Positions 57,295 to 64,000 of a DNA stretch of 64,000 nt are shown in pieces. Source of the DNA: an uncultured Chloroflexia bacterium (lineage in GTDB: Bacteria > Chloroflexota > Limnocylindria > Limnocylindrales > CSP1-4); NCBI GenBank assembly GCA_963781845.1, contig CAWAHN010000016.1, forward strand, positions 147,409 through 211,408. Reading direction: 5' to 3'. Numbering within the stretch: position 1 is the stretch's first letter; each line of letters begins with the position of its first letter. The translations under genes and the position numbers were made by a program. Under the pieces are notes generated by a model. The model had not been told where the DNA came from, did no database searches, and was given only the letters and a program-made list of their open reading frames with translations.

Positions 57295-57474
57295 ATGGAA
57301 CATCCGATCGCCCACCCCCGCAACGTCGCCCTGCTCGGGCTCCTGATCGCGACCGTCGCCACGATCTTCCTGGCGGTCAGTCACGACGCCGGTGGCGCGG
57401 CCATGCTCTACGGGCTGTCGATCGCGATGACCATGGCGGCGTACGTCCTGGCCATCGGCTCGCCGCACGGCTGA
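57295..57474 (+). CDS. Small 2-TM membrane protein in the oxidase operon
   Basis: GGAGGA lies upstream of ATG 57295. MEHPIAHPRNVALLGLLIATVATIFLAV..LYGLSIAMTMAAYVLAIG. Confidence 0.5.
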   Translation: MEHPIAHPRNVALLGLLIATVATIFLAVSHDAGGAAMLYGLSIAMTMAAYVLAIGSPHG

Positions 57475-57498
57475 TCCGTCGAGCGACCGCAGCCGACC

Positions 57499-58617
57499 AT
57501 GGAACAGATCTGGAACTCGATCCTCGACCTGACGGCGAAGTTCGTCACGCCGGATTGGGGTTCGCTGATCGCGCTGATCCCGATCGCCATCCTGGCCCTG
57601 GTCGTGCTGTTCGTGGCCTGGCTCCTGTGGCGGGTCACCCGCCTCGGACCGAAGCGTCGCGGCAAGGGGAAGGTCAGGCCCGCCCCGCCGGCCGGCGTCC
57701 ACATGCCCGGACCGTCGCTCGCGCCGATCTTCGGGGCGATCGGAACGGCCCTGCTCCTGTTCGGCCTCGTGTTCGGCGGGATCATGCTGTTCCTCGGGTT
57801 CGCGGCGCTGGTCCTGACGCTCCTGTACTGGGGCCGCGAGGCGATGCGCGACTACGATCGCGCGACGGGGGCCGAGAACCGGCTGCCCGCGGTCGTCCAC
57901 ACCGGTCCCCCGCCCGGCGTCCACATGCCCGGGCCGTCGTTCCGCCCGTTCGTGGCCGCCCTGGCCGCCGCCGCCCTCCTGTTCGGCCTCGTCTTCGGCG
58001 GCTGGCTGCTCGCGGTCGGCTTCATCATGCTGATCGTCAGCCTGGTCGGCTGGCTTCGCGACGCTCGGGCCGAGTACAACCTCACCGAGGCGGCCGATCG
58101 GACCGGCCATCTCGAGAGCATGCCCGCACCGAGGGTCCCGAAGGGCACGTTCGCCCTGTTCGGGGCTCTGTTCGTGCTCGCGATCATCCTCAACAGCGGC
58201 CTGATCCCGCCGGGTTCGGCGAACGGTTCGACGGGTGGGTCACCGGCCCCCGGCGGATCGGGCGGGCCGGCCGGATCGGGCGCTCCCGGGCCGGGCGCTC
58301 CCGGGACGTCGGCCGCTCCGGCCGCCCAGAGCCTGCCGCCCGCCGACGTGACCGTGACCGTCCAGGGCGTCCAGTTCGATACCGCCACCCTGACCGCGAC
58401 CGCCGGCAAGCCGTGGACGATCGCCTTCGTCAACAACGATCCGGGCGTCCCGCACGACATGGAGTTCCTCGACTCCGCCGGGGTGACGGCCTTCCTCGGC
58501 GACAAGGTCACCGGCGTGAGCTCGGCCATCTACAACGTCCCGGCCCTGGCCGCCGGGACCTACAAGTTCGTCTGCACCTTCCACCCGAACATGGTCGGGG
58601 AGCTGACCGTCAAGTAG
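57499..58617 (+). CDS. Membrane protein: two tandem subunit-IV-like 2-TM modules plus a C-terminal type-1 cupredoxin domain
   Basis: Duplicated PxGVHMPGPSxxP..LLFGLVFGG..W module, a Gly/Pro linker, then PWTIAFVNNDPGVPHDMEF..YKFVCTFHPNMVGELTVK. Confidence 0.7.
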   Translation: MEQIWNSILDLTAKFVTPDWGSLIALIPIAILALVVLFVAWLLWRVTRLGPKRRGKGKVRPAPPAGVHMPGPSLAPIFGAIGTALLLFGLVFGGIMLFLGFAALVLTLLYWGREAMRDYDRATGAENRLPAVVHTGPPPGVHMPGPSFRPFVAALAAAALLFGLVFGGWLLAVGFIMLIVSLVGWLRDARAEYNLTEAADRTGHLESMPAPRVPKGTFALFGALFVLAIILNSGLIPPGSANGSTGGSPAPGGSGGPAGSGAPGPGAPGTSAAPAAQSLPPADVTVTVQGVQFDTATLTATAGKPWTIAFVNNDPGVPHDMEFLDSAGVTAFLGDKVTGVSSAIYNVPALAAGTYKFVCTFHPNMVGELTVK

Positions 58618-59167
58618 GGGTCCGTCACGTTCAGTCCCGCGCGCCGGCGCCCGCGCTTCGGGCTCGCCGCGATCGTCGTCCTCCTCGTCATCCTCGCGGT
58701 CGGCTGCGGTGTCGGAGCCGGTCCGTCCGGCAGCGTCTCGAGCGGTGCCGGCGCCGGCGACCCCGCACCCGCCCTGACCGGGACGACCCTCGACGGCGTC
58801 CCGTTCGACCTGACCAGCCTCCGCGGTCGGCCCGTGATCGTGAACTACTGGGCGTCGTGGTGCGTCCCATGCCGGGACGAGTTCCCGCTGTTCAAGCAGG
58901 CGCTCGCGGACCACGCCGCCGATGGGCTGGCCGTCGTCGGGACGGTGTACCTGGACAGCGACGACGCGGCGAAGGCGTTCATGGCCAAGACCGGTGCCGA
59001 CTGGCCGAGCGTGACCGATCCGGACGGCTCGCGGGCCAAGGCCTGGCGCGTGGTCGCCCCACCGCAGACGTACTTCGTCGACCGCAACGGCGTGATCGTC
59101 TCGCGCCAGATCGGCGAGGTCGGCGCCGGCCGACTTCCAGCGTCAGCTCGACGCCATCCTCAGGTGA
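58618..59167 (+). CDS. TlpA/ResA-like thiol:disulfide oxidoreductase lipoprotein; no canonical start and a frame disruption near 59125-59131
   Basis: Lipobox ILAVGC and WASWCVPC. The C-terminal ADFQRQLDAILR-stop is in the next frame. Between the upstream TAG at 58615 and the signal peptide there is no ATG, GTG or TTG. Confidence 0.6.
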
Positions 59168-60130
59168 CCGGCGGGAAACCGGCGATCGAGATCCGGGGCC
59201 TGGCCAAGAGGTACGCGGGACGCGCCGTGGTCGACGGGATCGACCTGGCGGTGCCGGCCGGGTCGATCGTCGCCCTGCTCGGGCCCGAACGGCGCCGGGA
59301 AGACCACGACGGTCGAGATCGTCGAGGGCTACCGCCGGCCGGACGACGGCGAGGTCCGCGTGCTCGGCCTCGATCCCACCCGTGACGGTCGAGCGCTGCG
59401 CGGCCGGCTCGGCCTGATGCTCCAGGGCGGCGGGATCTACCCGCAGGCCCGGCCGCTCGAGCTCATCCGGCTGTACGCGAGGTTCTATCGGCAGCCGCTC
59501 GATCCCGAACGGCTGCTCGAGCGGGTCGGGCTGGGCGACGCCGCGGGCGCCCGCTACAAGGTCCTGTCGGGCGGCCAGCGCCAGCGGCTGGCCCTCGCCC
59601 TGGCGCTCGTCGGCCGCCCGGAGCTGGTGATCCTGGACGAGCCGACGGCCGGGATGGACCCGGCCGCCAAGGTCTCCACCCGGGAGCTCGTCGGGTCGCT
59701 CCGTGACGACGGGGTGACCGTGCTCCTGACGACCCACGAGCTGGCCGACGTCGAGCGCCTGGCCGACCGGATCGCGATCATCGACGCGGGACGGATCGTC
59801 GCCCGGGGCACGCTCGCCGAGCTGGCGTCCGGCGCGGCGGCCCGCCTCCGGTTCACGCTCGCCACGCCGCTCGACGACGAGGACCGGGTCGCACTCGCGA
59901 CGAGCCTCGGCCCGGGGTCGGCGAGTGACTCCGGTGCCCGGCTGGTCGACGACGGCGGGGTCGGTCGCTACCGGCTCGATGGGATCGACCCGGACCCGCG
60001 GATCGTCGGGGTCGTCGCGGCCTGGGCGGCCGAACGCGGCATCCTGATCGCCGAGCTGCGCACGGGTGGGGCCACGCTCGAGGAACGCTACCTCGAGCTG
60101 ACCGGTCCGGCGGACGGCGACAGACCGTGA
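59164..60130 (+). CDS. ABC-2-type exporter ATPase (DrrA-like); 1-nt frame disruption near 59284-59288
   Basis: GTGA overlap with the upstream stop. The Walker A motif is split (LLGP / NGAGKTT). LSGGQRQRLALALAL and LVILDEPT. Confidence 0.75.
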
Positions 60131-60936
60131 GCGCGACGCCCATCGACCCGCCGAGCGACCGGACGGGACCAGCCAGCGACACGGGGCCGGTCGGCGACAA
60201 TGCCGCCCCGGTCGCCCAGGCGACGCTCGCGCAGGTCGGGATGGAGCTTCGACTCCTGGCCAGGCGAGGCGAGAACCTGTTCGTCACGATGGTCGTGCCG
60301 CTCGTCCTGCTGGTGTTCTTCTCGGTCGTCCCGGCCGTCGCCCAGGGCGGGGTCACCTTCGTGCTCCCGGGGATCCTCGCGCTGGCGATCATCGCGACCA
60401 GCCTGGTCAACCTCGGCATCTCGACGGCCTTCGAGCGCTCGTACGGCGTCCTCAAGCGACTCGGCGGGTCGCCCCTGCCGCGAGGCGGCCTGATCGCCGC
60501 CAAGATGGCGACCGTCGCCCTGGTCGAGATCGGCCAGGTCGTGGTCCTGATCGTCGTCGCGGCGACGGCCTTCGGCTGGGCGCCCGGACCGGGTGCGAGC
60601 GCGGCCGTCTGCCTCGCCGCCTTCGTCCTCGGGACGCTCGCGTTCTCCGGCCTCGGGCTGCTCCTGGCCGGTGCGCTCCGCGCGGAGGCGACGCTCGCGA
60701 TCGCCAACGGGCTGTTCCTGATCCTGCTCCTGCTCGGCGGCATCGTCCTGCCGGTCGACCACCTGCCCCCCGTGCTCGCCGACGTGGCCCGCGTGCTCCC
60801 GGCGGCAGCGCTGGCGGACGCGCTCCGGATCGGCCTCGGCGGCGCCGCTGGCGACGCGCTCGGGTCGCTGGCCGTCCTCGCCGTCTGGGCAGCAGTCACG
60901 ACCGGCCTGGCGGCCCGCACCTTCCGCTGGGAGTGA
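60127..60936 (+). CDS. ABC-2-type exporter permease
   Basis: Six TM helices and a 4-nt overlap with the ATPase gene. Confidence 0.75.
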   Translation: MSATPIDPPSDRTGPASDTGPVGDNAAPVAQATLAQVGMELRLLARRGENLFVTMVVPLVLLVFFSVVPAVAQGGVTFVLPGILALAIIATSLVNLGISTAFERSYGVLKRLGGSPLPRGGLIAAKMATVALVEIGQVVVLIVVAATAFGWAPGPGASAAVCLAAFVLGTLAFSGLGLLLAGALRAEATLAIANGLFLILLLLGGIVLPVDHLPPVLADVARVLPAAALADALRIGLGGAAGDALGSLAVLAVWAAVTTGLAARTFRWE

Positions 60937-60951
60937 CCGAACGGGCGCCGT

Positions 60952-61218
60952 TCAGCCGCCCTTGCGTTCCTCGAGCGCCCGGTCCACCTCGCGCTGGACC
61001 TCCTCGTCGCGCCGCTCCTTGACCCGGCGTCCGATGTAGATCGCCACGATCCACGGCCACAGGATGGCGACGATGGCCCCGGCGATCACGGCGATGGCGA
61101 ACGACCGGCTCGAGTCGCCCGCGGTCCCCACCAGCAGGAGCAGCAGGAGATAGCACACGATCGCCCCGAGGACGACCCCGATGATCCGTTGCATCCGACC
61201 TCCGATGGCGTCCGTCAC
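60952..61218 (-). CDS. Small 2-TM membrane protein with a charged C-terminal tail
   Basis: IIGVVLGAIVCYLLLLLLVG and IAVIAGAIVAILWPWIVAIYIG. Confidence 0.45.
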   Translation of the reverse strand: MTDAIGGRMQRIIGVVLGAIVCYLLLLLLVGTAGDSSRSFAIAVIAGAIVAILWPWIVAIYIGRRVKERRDEEVQREVDRALEERKGG

Positions 61219-61293
61219 GGTTGCGATCCCGCGGCCTGGAGCCCAGCCTATGGGGAGCGACCACGCGGCGTCAACGTAGGCGGCGACGTCCGG

Positions 61294-62262
61294 TCAGGCG
61301 GTGCCGATCACCCGTACGGAACCAACCCCGCCCGAGACGTCGATGTCGACCCGGTTGGCCGCCGTCGCGTAGTCCGGCGACTGGTAGCCGTCGGCCACCC
61401 GCGGGAATCGAGACTGGTCGATCTGGCTGCTGCCCAGCGCCATCCGGCTGCGGATCCGCGCGGCGACGCCCGACGGGACCTCCATCGTCAGCGAGGCGGC
61501 ACCGGACTCGGCCCGGACCGATGTGACCCCGGCGGCACGCGGGAGCAGGACCCGCGTATCGCTCGCGCCGGTGTGCAGGTCGAGGCTGCGCAGGCGGAGG
61601 TCGCGCAGGTCGAGCGTCGCCCGGCTGGCTCCAGTGTCGAGCCGCAGGTCGAGCGGGACCTCGGCCGTGAGTCCGACGTCCCAGCGGGATCCGTGGTCGA
61701 GCCACGGCAGCCCGTAGGTCGTGTCCTGCTCGAGGCTGATCCGGTTCGGCCCATCGGCCCGGTGGCGGACCCCGCCCTCGAACGTCCCGTCGAGGAGATG
61801 GCCGGCGGCGGCCGCACGGGCCGACAGGTCGCCGGCCCCGAACCGGATCCGGACGCTCGCGTCGGTGACCGGTGCGAGCGGGAGGGCGAGCTGTTCGGTC
61901 GGACCGTGGCCGGCGGCGACGAACGCTCCGATGAGGAACCACACGCCGATCGCGACCGCCACCCATGGCCAGGACCGTGCGATCGTCTCGGCGGGTCCCT
62001 GGCCGAGCCGACCGGTCGTGCTCGCCAGGAGGACGACCCCACCGAGTGTCCAGGCGATCGGCCAGGTGAACGACCAGATCCCGGCGAGGCCCGGGCGCCG
62101 GGTGAAGAGCGTCGAGATGAACGACGCGACGCCGGCGAGGATGACGAACATCGGCCAGGCCTCGGCCCACGTCCAGTCCATCGCCTGGCGGACGAGGAAG
62201 ACGAGGCCGATGCCGATCAGCCAGGTGGCGCCGACGATCGAACCACGACGCTGGCCGGTCAC
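61294..62262 (-). CDS. LiaF-like (DUF2154) membrane protein
   Basis: N-terminal TM helices, then repetitive beta-strand-like units (LDLRLDTGASRATLDLRDLRLRSLDLHTGASDTRVLL). Confidence 0.6.
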   Translation of the reverse strand: MTGQRRGSIVGATWLIGIGLVFLVRQAMDWTWAEAWPMFVILAGVASFISTLFTRRPGLAGIWSFTWPIAWTLGGVVLLASTTGRLGQGPAETIARSWPWVAVAIGVWFLIGAFVAAGHGPTEQLALPLAPVTDASVRIRFGAGDLSARAAAAGHLLDGTFEGGVRHRADGPNRISLEQDTTYGLPWLDHGSRWDVGLTAEVPLDLRLDTGASRATLDLRDLRLRSLDLHTGASDTRVLLPRAAGVTSVRAESGAASLTMEVPSGVAARIRSRMALGSSQIDQSRFPRVADGYQSPDYATAANRVDIDVSGGVGSVRVIGTA

Positions 62263-62768
62263 GCGGTCGGCCCCGAGCCGCGGCCGGAGTCCCTGGCGAT
62301 GCCGACCGCGAGGAGGACGACGCCGAGGCCCACCAGGACCAGCGGCCAGAACCAGTCGAAGTCGAGGGCGGGGAGGAACTGGCGGACGAGGAACAGGCCG
62401 CCGGCCGCGATGAGCAGGATGCCGACCACGATCCCGGCCGAGCCGTCACGACGGGATGCCCGGCGGGCCGCCCGGGCGGCGCGGCGCGCTTCGCGCCGGT
62501 CCATGGCCGGAGCGGCACCGGCGGCCGTCGGGCCGACCGGCGGGGCACCCGGCGGGACGCTCGACATCGGCTGCCCCGTGTCCTCCGGGACGACGATCGC
62601 CATGACGATGTAGACGAGGACCGCGATCCCGCCGGTCAGGAACGCGAGGACCACCCAGACGATCCGGATCAGCGACGGGTCGGCATCCCACATCTCGGCG
62701 AGTCCGCCGGCGACGCCGGCGATCATCCGGTCGTCGCGCGACCGGTACAGATGCTCGTTCATCGACAT
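62259..62768 (-). CDS. PspC-domain membrane protein
   Basis: LYRSRDDRMIAGVAGGLAEMWDADPSLIRIVWVVLAF. Confidence 0.8.
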   Translation of the reverse strand: MSMNEHLYRSRDDRMIAGVAGGLAEMWDADPSLIRIVWVVLAFLTGGIAVLVYIVMAIVVPEDTGQPMSSVPPGAPPVGPTAAGAAPAMDRREARRAARAARRASRRDGSAGIVVGILLIAAGGLFLVRQFLPALDFDWFWPLVLVGLGVVLLAVGIARDSGRGSGPTA

Positions 62769-62984
62769 CCTCCATCGGAGTCAATCGTGAGGCTACCGGC
62801 ACTCCCGTCGATCCGCAGGTCGATGGCGTTGCCGCCGGACGAGGCCGTCCGGACTGTCGCCCCGTCAGGCGGCGCGAGCGAGCGGCCTGTCACGTGGCTT
62901 CACCGAATCATCCACGCGGGAGCAAGCGCGAGCGTGTGCCGAACGTCACGGAACGTCGGGTCGCCCGTCATCGCGCCCGTCGCC

Positions 62985-63024
62985 GGACAAAAGGAAGAAC
63001 CCAGGCCGGTCGGAGCCTGGGTTC
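62985..63024 (-). terminator. Rho-independent terminator downstream of tRNA-fMet
   Basis: Perfect 10-bp stem GAACCCAGGC/GCCTGGGTTC with an 8-nt loop, followed on the minus strand by TTCCTTTTGTCC. Confidence 0.7.
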
Positions 63025-63037
63025 AAGGTAGATGCGA

Positions 63038-63112
63038 TGGTTGCGGGGGACGGATTCGAACCGCCGACCTTCGGGTTATGAGCCCGACGAGCTGCCGCTG
63101 CTCCACCCCGCG
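63038..63112 (-). tRNA. metZ: Initiator tRNA-Met (anticodon CAU), CCA encoded
   Basis: The reverse complement reads CGCGGGGTGGAGCAGCGGCAGCTCGTCGGGCTCATAACCCGAAGGTCGGCGGTTCGAATCCGTCCCCCGCAACCA. It has the C1:A72 mismatch, the GGG/CCC anticodon stem and a TTCGAAT T-loop. Confidence 0.92.
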
Positions 63113-63217
63113 ACCTCCTATCCTAGCGACGCGACGGCGAATCGTCAACGGAGGACGGGCGACCCCACCGCCGGCCGCCCGCGCCGAGCTCGGCGCCGTG
63201 TGCGCGGGAGGGAGCAG

Positions 63218-63649
63218 ATGATCGAGATCCGACGCATGACGGCGGGCGACGAGGACCTGGTCGTGGCCGGCGGCCACCTGTTCGACGGGCCCGCCGACCC
63301 CGCCGCCACCGAGCGGTTCCTGACCGAGCCCGGCCATCATCTGCTGTTCGCCCTGAGCGGCGGGCAGCCGGTCGGATTCGTGTCCGGGGTCGAGCTGACG
63401 CATCCGGACAAGGGCACGGAGATGTTCCTGTACGAGCTGGCGGTCGACGAGGAGCACCGGCGGCAAGGGATCGGGGCGGCATTGGTCGAGGCCTTGCGCG
63501 ACCTCGCCCGATCGCTCGGCTGCTACGGGATGTGGGTCCTCACCGATCACGACAACGCGGCCGCCCTCGCCACCTATCTCGGCGCCGGGTCGAGGCCACC
63601 GTCCAGCCACGTCCTGCTCGACTGGGACCTTCGGGCACCCGGAGGCTGA
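63218..63649 (+). CDS. GNAT N-acetyltransferase
   Basis: GGGAGGGAG lies upstream of ATG 63218. LYELAVDEEHRRQGIGAALVEAL. Confidence 0.7.
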   Translation: MIEIRRMTAGDEDLVVAGGHLFDGPADPAATERFLTEPGHHLLFALSGGQPVGFVSGVELTHPDKGTEMFLYELAVDEEHRRQGIGAALVEALRDLARSLGCYGMWVLTDHDNAAALATYLGAGSRPPSSHVLLDWDLRAPGG

Positions 63650-63655
63650 TGCCGG

Positions 63656-64000
63656 TCAGGCGAGCGGTTGCTCCACGACCCCGCGCGCCGGGCGGAGTGC
63701 CTGGATCGACCGCCCGCCGATCGCCAGGCCGATGGCCAGACAGGCCCCGCTGGTCAGCACGAACATCACGAACGGGATGCGGATGCCGACCTCGGCCAGC
63801 TGACCGGCGATGAGGGCCGAGACGATGAAGCCGACCGTGCCCGCCGACCCGAACAATCCCTGGGCGGTCGACGATCGCCCGACCGGGCTGCCGGCGGCCA
63901 CGACCGCGAACAGCGCGGGGAACAGCACGGCGAAGCCGGTCGACTCGATCAGGATGAGCGGGAACGCGAGCAGCGGGTTCTGGATGAGCGTGTATGCGAC
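63656..64000 (-). CDS. MFS transporter, C-terminal part; the gene continues beyond the window
   Basis: Hydrophobic helices SAGTVGFIVSALIAGQLAEVG and FVMFVLTSGACLAIGLAIG. The frame stays open to the window edge. Confidence 0.55.
   Translation of the reverse strand, partial: VAYTLIQNPLLAFPLILIESTGFAVLFPALFAVVAAGSPVGRSSTAQGLFGSAGTVGFIVSALIAGQLAEVGIRIPFVMFVLTSGACLAIGLAIGGRSIQALRPARGVVEQPLA

Noticed and set aside
62769-63217. Possible integration hotspot or mobile element next to tRNA-fMet
   Set aside because: There is no integrase, no direct repeat of the tRNA 3' end and no phage-like ORFs on either side. The flanking genes look like ordinary chromosomal genes.

Overview
Very GC-rich bacterial chromosomal segment, Actinomycetota- or Chloroflexota-like by gene content. 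That taxonomic guess is inference, and all product calls rest on motifs I could read because no database search was possible. I found no rRNA, CRISPR array, transposase, integrase or phage genes.

Gene content from start to end:
- A degraded M20 peptidase and a degraded secreted caspase-fold-like protein.
- marR, divergent from fabD and two tandem KAS-II genes.
- A copper P-type ATPase and ogt.
- An accessory-looking cluster at about 11.5-17.0 kb, described below.
- A six-gene, translationally coupled operon containing 2-oxoacid:ferredoxin oxidoreductase (korAB).
- Four paralogous pairs of an ECF sigma factor and a membrane partner, interleaved with homogentisate-pathway genes (hmgA, FAH, hppD).
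- proC, a ferredoxin, a PotABCD-like ABC importer and a YHS-domain gene.
- An aa3-type cytochrome oxidase locus with cupredoxin fusions.
- A TlpA-like redoxin, an ABC-2 exporter, a PspC/LiaF-like module and the initiator tRNA-fMet.

Main candidate for something undescribed: a family of acidic, His-containing peptide-repeat genes carrying the motif D-[VTA]-[ES]-G-H, often followed by K-S-P. I count 16 motif copies in four genes. One gene encodes a 10-repeat array built from near-identical 51-bp and 48-bp units. These genes bracket an MFS transporter fused to a cNMP-binding domain, a Crp regulator, a GAF protein and an S8 subtilase.

Other notable points:
- One palindromic operator is shared by the copper ATPase gene and the YHS gene.
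- Cupredoxin domains are fused to CoxB and to a duplicated subunit-IV-like protein.
- A non-coding 50-bp tandem repeat lies upstream of proC.
- At least 10 conserved genes carry 1-nt frame disruptions. This most likely reflects indel errors in the assembly, so pseudogene calls here are provisional.
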